From Deltaproteobacteria bacterium (lineage in GTDB: Bacteria; Desulfobacterota; Desulfobacteria; Desulfobacterales; UBA2156): a stretch of 64,000 nt of DNA. Positions 17,419 through 25,373 of this stretch are shown one piece after another (within the stretch, counting starts at the first letter, position 1; every line of letters begins with the position of its first letter). A program made the position numbers and the translations under genes. Under the pieces are notes generated by a model, which had not been told where the DNA came from, searched no databases, and saw nothing but the letters and a program-made list of their open reading frames with translations. The stretch covers positions 13,620 through 77,619 of the forward strand of contig JAFDGC010000001.1 of NCBI GenBank assembly GCA_019309485.1, read 5' to 3'.

Positions 17419-19784
17419 TCAAATGTCCTTGCTTTTCAAACGCAGTGAATTGCCGACCACAGACACCGAACTGAAGCTCATGGCGGCCGCAGCGATCATC
17501 GGAGAAAGCAAAAGCCCGAAAACCGGATACAGGGCACCGGCGGCGATCGGAACCCCCAGTGCATTGTAAAAAAAAGCAAAAAACAGATTCTGTTTGATGT
17601 TGCGCATGGTGGCCTTGGAAAGGAGCACTGCCCGAACGATTCCCCGAAGATCGCCCTTGACCAGCGTCACCCGGGCGCTTTCCATGGCCACATCGGTACC
17701 CGTTCCCATGGCGATGCCGACCTGGGCCTGAGCCAGCGCCGGCGCGTCATTGATGCCGTCTCCGGCCATGGCCACGATTTTTCCTTGTTCCTGAAACCGC
17801 TTGACGGCATTGGCCTTGTCCTCGGGCAACACCTCGCCAACGGCATCGTCGATCCCCAATTTTTCCGCAACAGCCCTGGCGGTGGCCTTGTTGTCGCCCG
17901 TGAGCATCACGATCCGGATGCCTTCTTTATGGAGTTTATCGATGGCTTCCGGCGTTGTTTCCTTGATGGGATCCGAGACGCTGACAATGCCGGCCGCTTT
18001 CCCCTCTATGGCCACGAACATGGCGGTTTTTCCTTCGACACGCAGTTTTTCCGCTTGATTATCCAACTTCCGGTGTGGGACTCAAAATTTTGGGCATTTT
18101 CCAGTTTGATGCCCCTGTCTTCGGCTCCGGAGACAATGGCCGCTGCAAGCGGGTGCTCACTGCTTCTTTCCAGGCCGGCCGCAAGGGCGAGCAAATCTTT
18201 TTCGTTCCATCCTTCGACGGTGATCACATCGATCAGTTTCGGTTTCCCTTCGGTGAGGGTCCCCGTTTTGTCCACCACCAGCGTATCCACCATACGCATG
18301 GTTTCGATGGCTTCAGCGTCTTTGAAAAGAACACCAAAAGTGGCGCCTTTGCCGGTCGCCACCATGATCGACATGGGGGTGGCCAGGCCCAGAGCGCAGG
18401 GACACGCGATGATCAGGACCGAAACTGCGGCGATCAAAGCATAAGCCATACTCGGTTCAGGCCCGATCAGGGACCATACAATGAACGCGAACACGGCCAC
18501 TCCGATGACCGCCGGCACGAAATAGGCCGCCACAACGTCGGCCAGTTTCTGAATGGGTGCCCGGCTCCGCTGGGCTTCGGCCACCATTTGAACGATCCGG
18601 GAGAGCACGGTGTCTGCGCCGACCTTTTCCGCCTGGATCACCAATGATCCTTTGGTGTTGACCGTGGCCCCGATGACCGAATCCCCTTCCCTTTTCTTCA
18701 CGGGAATCGGTTCCCCGGTAATCATCGACTCGTCCACGTTACTTGACCCTTCCAGAATCCGTCCGTCCACCGGCACCTTTTCCCCGGGACGAACCCGCAG
18801 CCGGTCGTTTACCTGAATTTGATCCAGCGGCACGTCTTGTTCCGTGCCGTCTTCTTCAATACGCCGTGCGGTCTTGGGCGCAAGCCCGAGCAGGGCCTTG
18901 ATGGCGGCACCCGTGCGGCTGCGGGCCCGCTGCTCCAGCATCTGGCCGAGCAAGACAAGGGTGACGATCACGGCCGCCGCTTCGAAATAAACGCCCACCG
19001 TACCGTCTTCCGCCCGAAAAGACGGCGGGAATGTTTCCGGAAAGAATACGGCCACCACGCTATACACATAGGCCACGGCGGTGCCCAGACCGATGAGGGT
19101 GAACATGTTCAGGTTCCAGGTCACGATGGATCTCCACGCCCGCACATAAAAAATCCAACCCCCCCATAAAACAACGGGGGTCGCCAGCGCGAATTCCGCC
19201 CAGTGCAAAACACCGCTTCCAAGGGTTTGTTCCAGGACTTCAAGGCCGAAAAAATCCCGCATGGCGATGATCAGCACCGGAAGAGAAAGGACGGCCGAGA
19301 CCCAAAACCGGTTTTTCATGAAAATGTATTCCTGGTTTTCCTGCTCGACAACTTCCACGGTTTTGGGTTCCAAGGCCATACCACACTTGGGACACGCTCC
19401 CGGGCCGTCCTGCACCACTTCCGGATGCATGGGGCAGGTGTATTCCGTCTTCTCCCCCGAAACTCCGGGCATATCCGGTTCCAGGGCCATGCCGCACTTT
19501 GGGCAATCCCCGGGGTGTTCTTGACGGACTTCCGGATGCATGGGGCAGGTGTAGACGCTCCCCTTTTCGGCCTTTGGGGGAAGTGAAGCGATGCTTTCCG
19601 AATCACCGGATGCATAACGCTCCGGATCGGCCTTGAATTTTTCCAGGCAGTGTTGACTGCAAAAATAAACGGGCGCTCCGTGGTAGTTATAGGATATATA
19701 GGATTCCGGGGATTCGGTCATCATCCCACAGACCGGATCGGTGACCCTATGTTTTGTGTCCGTCACGGCGGCAGTATTTTTCAT
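17419..19784 (-). pseudogene. copA: Copper/silver P1B-type ATPase disrupted by an internal deletion plus frameshift
   Basis: Two overlapping ORFs (18006-19784 and 17419-18066). The first carries a YHS domain, two CPMHPEV..CPKCGM domains, CPC and DKTGTLT. The second carries [10 protein letters not shown] and the final TMs. The junction FESHTGS / [14 protein letters not shown] lacks about 30 residues seen in homologues. Confidence 0.75.
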
Positions 19785-19799
19785 ATGTCCCTCCCGACT

Positions 19800-20450
19800 T
19801 CAAATTTCATTTGCGATCTGCCGCCATTTCTTTTTCCCGGGAAAAAAGCGCGGGACCGCATCCATGTAGTTTTGGTACTCGGTGCCGAACCGCCGAATCA
19901 TGTGCGCCTCTTCCTTTTTGGCCAGAGCCACATACGCCAGGACAATCACCGGAAAGAGGGCGAGTGTCGGCACGGTGGGCCAGTGGATGAGCTGACCGAT
20001 CAAGGCCAGGAAGATGCCCGTATATTGGGGGTGCCGCATGTATCCATACAGCCCGGAAGTGATCAATTGATCCTCTTTTTGTGCCCGGTGGATCAGACCC
20101 CAGCCCCGAATGAGCAGATACAAACCGACAAGGATCAGACTGTAACCGAGCAGCATTTCAACGGCCGCGCCGGTATCACCGTATCCCAACAGCGTGGCCC
20201 AGAGATGCCCCCGCATGTGCAGCCACGGAATGTCCAGGTGCAAATAGCGGGTGAGCAGGTAAATGGTCAGCGGGAATCCGTACATTTCCGCATACAAGGC
20301 AACCACGAAGGCCTGGACAAGACCGAGATTCCGCCATTCCTTGAACTTTCTCGGCGCCAGAAAACGATACAGAATCCAGGAAACGAGCACGATCATAAGA
20401 ACCGCCGCCGGCCAATGTCCACCAATCGGGAATCCTGAAACATCATTCAT
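19800..20450 (-). CDS. Isoprenylcysteine carboxyl methyltransferase (ICMT/PEMT) family membrane protein
   Basis: LITSGLYGYMRHPQYTGIFL...EEAHMIRRFGTEYQNYMDAVPRFFP is an ICMT-family signature. Confidence 0.8.
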   Translation of the reverse strand: MNDVSGFPIGGHWPAAVLMIVLVSWILYRFLAPRKFKEWRNLGLVQAFVVALYAEMYGFPLTIYLLTRYLHLDIPWLHMRGHLWATLLGYGDTGAAVEMLLGYSLILVGLYLLIRGWGLIHRAQKEDQLITSGLYGYMRHPQYTGIFLALIGQLIHWPTVPTLALFPVIVLAYVALAKKEEAHMIRRFGTEYQNYMDAVPRFFPGKKKWRQIANEI

Positions 20451-20637
20451 GACCGTCTCCTTTCCCTTTGCCTCTATGCCTGTAGCCCTTCATTGTCCAA
20501 AAATGCATGGCGACACATCCGATGAGCAAGAGAAGAACAAAACCATTCGATTCGATGCCCATGGAAGACAAAGACAGCAGCAGGGCCAAAGGAAGCAGAC
20601 AGGCCGCCAGCATTACAATGTGATGCTTCATTTCCAA
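20443..20637 (-). CDS. DUF2933-like small membrane protein
   Basis: 64 aa with two TM segments and a His-rich C-terminal tail (CVAMHFWTMKGYRHRG). It overlaps the ICMT start. This pairing is common in metal-resistance loci, as far as I recall. Confidence 0.6.
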   Translation of the reverse strand: MEMKHHIVMLAACLLPLALLLSLSSMGIESNGFVLLLLIGCVAMHFWTMKGYRHRGKGKGDGHE

Positions 20638-20677
20638 ACTTCCCGGTGGTTGTTTCCGGTTTCAGTGACCCGATCCC

Positions 20678-21085
20678 TTATTTTCCATTCCGGCCGGCTC
20701 CGAAAGGATCGGCGTTTCCATTTTCCGAAGGGTTGCTCTCCGGAAATCGGCCCTCTTGTCGATATTGTTCGTTTCGCCGGTAATCCTTTTCTTGTTGATG
20801 ATAAGGCGTCTCATACCGGTGACGATCCTCGTTAAACCGCTCCGGATAGTGCCTTTGACCTCGGTCATCCCCACGGCCGTACCGGCCTGGGTCCATGTGC
20901 CCCCATGATCCGCCGTATCCTTGTCCGCCCATCATGCCGCCGCCGCCCATGCCACCGCCCATGCCTCCGCCGCCCATCATGGCAAGAAAAGGGGTATCCT
21001 CGGCGGCGCCGGCGGAATTCATCAAAGCGGCTCCGGAAAGGGCCAGCAAAATCATCATCCATCCGATCAAAATATGGCGTTTCAT
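20678..21085 (-). CDS. Secreted Gly/Met-rich then His/Arg/Tyr/Glu-rich protein, unknown family
   Basis: Signal peptide, then MMGGGGMGGGMGGGGMMGGQGYGG, then a charged low-complexity tail. Confidence 0.6.
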   Translation of the reverse strand: MKRHILIGWMMILLALSGAALMNSAGAAEDTPFLAMMGGGGMGGGMGGGGMMGGQGYGGSWGHMDPGRYGRGDDRGQRHYPERFNEDRHRYETPYHQQEKDYRRNEQYRQEGRFPESNPSENGNADPFGAGRNGK

Positions 21086-21170
21086 CTGTGTGTCTCCTTA
21101 TTCTCCGGCTGTCGGGCCGGACCGATCAAGAGACGTCCCGGAAAAGACGCCTCCTGTCGGGTGGGAGTGG

Positions 21171-21680
21171 TTATCGCCAGCACCAGCCGGTGCCCGGGCC
21201 ATAGCCGCCTTCAAACCGCCCGCCGATTTCCGGGGCGATTTTTCTAAGTTCCAGCTCATGGTCCAATCGCTTCTGGTCAAACTCGCTTTCCAGCCCGGAA
21301 AGCTCCCTTTGCAACGCCGAGATACGATTCCGGTCCGGGTTTTCTTTGGCAAGCTCCCGGCGCATTTCCACGGACTTGTTGTAGATGCGTTCCTGCAGGG
21401 CACGGATTTCCCGGTAAAAGGCCTCTCTGGTTTTTTCCAGCTGTTCGGCCTGGTTCCGGCTGAGGCCGAGATCCTCCCCATCACCCCAACCGCCCCGGGG
21501 GCCGTAACCCATCATGTTCCCGCCGTAGCCGGGGCCCATCATATGCCCGCCCCAACCGCGATCCATCATGTGGCCGCCGTACCGGTTGCCTTCGAACCAT
21601 CCACGGGCAAAGGCAAAGGGGGCTGCCCCGATTACTACGACAAAAGCGACGATTGCCAACTGCTTCATTCTTTTCTTCAT
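21171..21680 (-). CDS. Periplasmic heavy-metal-stress protein, Spy/CpxP/ZraP-like
   Basis: Start trimmed to MKKRMKQLAIVAF (signal peptide). GHMM/GWGG repeats are followed by a helical LSRNQAEQLEKTREAFYREIRALQ region. Confidence 0.75.
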   Translation of the reverse strand: MKKRMKQLAIVAFVVVIGAAPFAFARGWFEGNRYGGHMMDRGWGGHMMGPGYGGNMMGYGPRGGWGDGEDLGLSRNQAEQLEKTREAFYREIRALQERIYNKSVEMRRELAKENPDRNRISALQRELSGLESEFDQKRLDHELELRKIAPEIGGRFEGGYGPGTGWCWR

Positions 21681-21758
21681 GTTGATGCCTCCTTTTCGCG
21701 TTTTTTCGCTTCGACCCGAAATGCCTTCGGGGCCAAAGCCGTTTGTAAATCCAAGCAT

Positions 21759-21773
21759 GCATGGATCGTGCCA
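21759..21773 (-). promoter_or_regulatory. Sigma-54 promoter candidate upstream of the ZraP-like gene
   Basis: The minus strand reads TGGCACGATCCATGC with exact spacing. It lies ~80 nt upstream of the start at 21680. Confidence 0.6.
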
Positions 21774-21927
21774 CAAGGTGGTATTTATCATTTTTTTCCT
21801 ATTTCCCTAAAATCATTATGCAAGAAAGCGTCCGGGCACTGAGTTTCAGGGAAGCCAACGCCGGTGGGAACAAACGTATAAAAAAACTGTATCGTTTTTA
21901 CCCGGTTTTTCCCTGGATCGGATTAAG

Positions 21928-21959
21928 TGTGTAAAAAGTATACATGCTGTCTTTTTCAC
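21928..21959. promoter_or_regulatory. Imperfect inverted repeat (gTGTAAAAAG-N12-CTTTTTCAC) between two divergent sigma-54 promoters
   Basis: Direct read. It is a possible upstream activator or bending site. Confidence 0.3.
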
Positions 21960-22055
21960 CGGCGGCCGCAATGACCGAAATGACAAATATAAACGGAGAA
22001 GGCGTTCACTGTTGCGGCTCAATGCGCCGGTGCGTGCTTGATAAATGGCACAACG

Positions 22056-22070
22056 TGGCATACTTTATGC
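22056..22070 (+). promoter_or_regulatory. Sigma-54 promoter candidate upstream of the RseC-like operon
   Basis: TGGCATACTTTATGC with exact GG-N10-GC spacing. It lies ~110 nt upstream of the ATG at 22181. Confidence 0.55.
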
Positions 22071-22180
22071 CTATCTCAAGAAAGGGAAAGTATCTTTTGA
22101 TGATTTTAAAAAGATGGATTGAAAACGACTTTTGGAGCCAATGAAAGAAAAAGGCTCTCTTTTGCCGAAAAGGAGATCTT

Positions 22181-22690
22181 ATGATGAAAAAAATCGGATT
22201 GGTCGTCAAAACCTTCGACGATCGCACCGCGGAAATCATGGCCGACAAACAAAGCGCCTGCGGCGGATGCCAGGATACCCGAAAATGTAAATCCTGCCTT
22301 TCCGGAAGTGATAAGGTGGTGTCCCTCGTGCAGAATCTTGCATCCGCCGCACCGGGAGACGTGGTGGAGATTCAACATACCCAGGCCGCTCTATGGGAAA
22401 GCGCCGCCCTGTTTTACGGCGTTCCGGTCTTGGGGCTCCTGGCAGGGGCTTTCATCGGCGGGAGCGCGGCAAACGGCTGGGGCATGGACGAATCCGCCGG
22501 GGCCGCGGCAGCCGGAATCGCGGGCCTGATCCTGGGTTTGCTCGTGGTGGTCTTTTCCTCGAAAACCGCATTTGGCCGGCGGCGATGGATCCCCCGCATC
22601 GTCCGCGTCATCGAAGACGGCGGAAAACAAGGGGACCGGGATATCACCAGCGCCGACCACGCCTCGAATCCATCCTGCTGCAGCGGGTGA
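22181..22690 (+). CDS. RseC/MucC-family (SoxR-reducing system) membrane protein
   Basis: The N-terminal beta domain has a Cys cluster (CGGCQDTRKCKSC), followed by two TM helices. GGAG RBS. Confidence 0.65.
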   Translation: MMKKIGLVVKTFDDRTAEIMADKQSACGGCQDTRKCKSCLSGSDKVVSLVQNLASAAPGDVVEIQHTQAALWESAALFYGVPVLGLLAGAFIGGSAANGWGMDESAGAAAAGIAGLILGLLVVVFSSKTAFGRRRWIPRIVRVIEDGGKQGDRDITSADHASNPSCCSG

Positions 22691-22698
22691 TAAAGAGA

Positions 22699-23427
22699 AT
22701 GTTTCGCTTCTTTAAAAAACGTGTGCAAAAGAATGCCTCCGATTTCATTTTACCGCCAGAAGCCCAGATACAATTCTGGCGCAAAGCCAATCGCAAAATG
22801 AAATGGGGGATCAGCGAAGAAGAATTTATGCGCATCCCGAATGCGCCGCCACTATCGGCCAAAGACCAAGCAGACGGGTATGTTGGCGCGGTTTTGTCTT
22901 ATGGGTTCGGTGATGACGGTGAAGGGAACGCCGATGCCGTGTTATCGGGCCGATTGGCATGGGGGTTTGCGCAAAAGCGTACATGGACACAAACCTGGCA
23001 ATGTCGTTACATCGATTTTGACAAAAAGGACCATTTTCGCCTGCGCCCCAAAGCGCCCCCGCGACCGAAAGGATTCTATTACGCCAAATTCAGGCCCGGC
23101 GACGATCTGCTTTCCCCTACGGTTGCAAGCTACTTGAAATCCCTTTCCGGGGATACCGGTTGCGGCCCGGAAGGACTCCAGATGATTACCCTTTCCAATC
23201 CCCATATTGCGGAACGGATGAACAAAAGGCAGATCGCGTTTATGGCCCTGGCCGATTACGACGTGGCGCCTTACGGATATGAAGATTTCTTCGATTGCCT
23301 GCAGATATTTTGCAGTAACGATACACTGGGCTTGGGAATCGGGAATGTGGATCAGGTGTATCCCCTATTCGGCATCCCTTCTCTTCGATTCGATGACAGG
23401 GACAACATCCAAAACGCCAAGACATAA
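22699..23427 (+). CDS. Hypothetical soluble protein (242 aa)
   Basis: Start trimmed to MFRFFKK, 9 nt after the rseC-like stop. No family recognised. Confidence 0.55.
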   Translation: MFRFFKKRVQKNASDFILPPEAQIQFWRKANRKMKWGISEEEFMRIPNAPPLSAKDQADGYVGAVLSYGFGDDGEGNADAVLSGRLAWGFAQKRTWTQTWQCRYIDFDKKDHFRLRPKAPPRPKGFYYAKFRPGDDLLSPTVASYLKSLSGDTGCGPEGLQMITLSNPHIAERMNKRQIAFMALADYDVAPYGYEDFFDCLQIFCSNDTLGLGIGNVDQVYPLFGIPSLRFDDRDNIQNAKT

Positions 23428-23534
23428 ACCGGATGGAATTGAGGAGACAGACATTTCGAATTTTTGTATAATGAGCTTCAGGTGCCTGAATATAAAATGG
23501 AAAGTATCACGGAAGCGTGTTAAGGAAAACGTTA

Positions 23535-25373
23535 ATGAACGGATCCACGAAAACCCGTCTGTTTTCCACCGGAACGATCATCGATGGAAAATGGATCCTC
23601 ATGGAATGCATCGGAAAAGGGGCGATGGGGGAGGTGTACCGGGCCCATCAGCTCAACCTTAAACGCGACGTGGCCATCAAAATCGTTTCCCGGGAATTCC
23701 TTGAAAGCCTCCAGGACGATCCTGCAGAAGTCGAGCGTGCCTCCCAGCGCCTTCAGCGGGAGGTGGAAACCATGGCACAGGTGCGGCATCCCAACGTCCT
23801 CCAGATCTTCGACTTCGGGGAATTCACCGTGACGCAGGATAACACCGTCCACCCCATGCAGTACATCGTCATGGAGTATGTCCCGGGCAACACATTGCGC
23901 TTTACCATGTCCGAGGAAGGGTTCGGGGAGGACGAAGGGCTTTTTCGCGATTGGATCCATCGATATTTTTTCCCCGTGCTGGATGCCATGGAATCCGTTC
24001 ATGAAAAAGGGATCATTCACCGGGACATGAAACCGGAAAACGTTCTCATGGATCAAGAAACACCCAAAATCGCCGATTTTGGGCTGGCGCGAAGCATCCG
24101 AATGCGCGCCATTTCCGATTCCTGGGACGTCAAAGGGACCATCCATTACATGGCGCCGGAACAGTTCGTTGACTTCCGGAAAGTCGGGCCCGCGGCGGAC
24201 ATTTACGCGTTGGGGAAAATTCTTTTCGAAGTAGTGGAAGGCAAAATCCCGCCCACCACCGTCCCCCTGAAATCATCGGCTCTTACGGACCCGAAACGCC
24301 CGTTTTTTCAAAAAGTGGATGCAATTATTCAAAAAGCCACGGCGGAAAACCCCGCCGAGCGGTTCCAGGATATTGCCGAATTGCGCGCGGCCCTGCTGGA
24401 TGTCATGAAGCACGACACACCGGACCCCGGAAAAGAAAAGGCGACAACGTTGTCTTCCCGGAGCCGGCCTTGGATGATGTTCACCGCCGCGGCGGCGGTG
24501 CTCGCCGTGACGGCAATGGCCCTCTGGCACTGGATGGGCAATCCGGCGGCGTTTTTCACGGCGCGAAAAGCCCCGCCGACGGAAAAAACGATTTCCGTCA
24601 CCGCCGGCTCCCCGGCTCCGGAGATACGCGCCAAAGACGGGATGGCCATGGTGTTGATCAAAGGAAAAGAAGCCTCAATCGACGATGTTCCGCTCCAGGA
24701 GGCTTTCTATATGGATCGGGAGAAAGTGTCCCTGCACCATTTCGCGGAGTTTTTAAACCAGGTCAAAGACACCCTGACCGTGGAAAAAGGAAGGGTGCTT
24801 CAAGACGGCAAAATCTTGCTTTATATGGGTACCGGCACCGAACCCCACGAACAGATCTACTTCGAGCATGGGCGATTCCATCTTCGGGATCCTGCCTTTG
24901 CCGGCCGCCCCGTGGTCCGCGTGACGTATGCCGGCGCCCTCGCCTATGCGGCGTATTACGGAAAACGTCTGCCGACGACGGCCCAGTGGCGACAGGCCGT
25001 GGCCTGGCTCCATTCCCAGGTGCCGGATTTTTCCGCGGCATCCGAAACCCAAGGTGCTTCCCCAATGCCGGCCGGCCACATGCACATGATGGATGTTTCT
25101 TCGAAAGACACCGGAACATCTGCGGCCCCGGTTCCCTCCAGGACAGACCTCCCGCTGGAAGACCCCGGTATCCGCATCAAAGAATGGGCAATGGAAGGCG
25201 GAGCCCCCGCCACTCCGGATCTGGTCCCGGTCATCTCCTGGGAAACACTGATTTCGGATGAAACACCGAAATCCCGGTATCGTTCCGAAGGGTTTCCCGA
25301 CGTGGGATTTCGAACCGTGATCCCGGTGGTGTTCACTAAAGCGCGGCGCCCTCCCGCCGGGATGCGGGATTAA
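23535..25373 (+). CDS. Receptor Ser/Thr protein kinase: Hanks kinase, one TM, FGE/SUMF1-like ectodomain
   Basis: GKGAMGEVY, AIK, HRDMKPENVLM and DFGLAR kinase motifs. TM segment MMFTAAAAVLAVTAMALW. The C-terminal VRVTYAGALAYAAYYGKRLPTTAQW is FGE-sulfatase-like. A GTG at 23517 is an alternative start. Confidence 0.85.
   Translation: MNGSTKTRLFSTGTIIDGKWILMECIGKGAMGEVYRAHQLNLKRDVAIKIVSREFLESLQDDPAEVERASQRLQREVETMAQVRHPNVLQIFDFGEFTVTQDNTVHPMQYIVMEYVPGNTLRFTMSEEGFGEDEGLFRDWIHRYFFPVLDAMESVHEKGIIHRDMKPENVLMDQETPKIADFGLARSIRMRAISDSWDVKGTIHYMAPEQFVDFRKVGPAADIYALGKILFEVVEGKIPPTTVPLKSSALTDPKRPFFQKVDAIIQKATAENPAERFQDIAELRAALLDVMKHDTPDPGKEKATTLSSRSRPWMMFTAAAAVLAVTAMALWHWMGNPAAFFTARKAPPTEKTISVTAGSPAPEIRAKDGMAMVLIKGKEASIDDVPLQEAFYMDREKVSLHHFAEFLNQVKDTLTVEKGRVLQDGKILLYMGTGTEPHEQIYFEHGRFHLRDPAFAGRPVVRVTYAGALAYAAYYGKRLPTTAQWRQAVAWLHSQVPDFSAASETQGASPMPAGHMHMMDVSSKDTGTSAAPVPSRTDLPLEDPGIRIKEWAMEGGAPATPDLVPVISWETLISDETPKSRYRSEGFPDVGFRTVIPVVFTKARRPPAGMRD

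Noticed and set aside
22041-22056. A second TGGCAC (aTGGCACAACGTGGCA) just upstream of the accepted 22056 promoter
   Set aside because: The only GC available for a -12 element is one position too close (GG-N9-GC). The overlapping TGGCATACTTTATGC has correct spacing and was kept instead.
21944-22144. 66-aa ORF in the AT-rich divergent promoter region
   Set aside because: It contains the sigma-54 promoter and the 5' UTR of the RseC-like gene, has no RBS, and its composition looks odd.
24600-25373. The kinase FGE-like C-terminus as a diversity-generating retroelement target
   Set aside because: No reverse transcriptase, template repeat or accessory gene is in the window. I saw no near-duplicate of the 3' end elsewhere in the window, and the C-terminus lacks the typical variable-region pattern.
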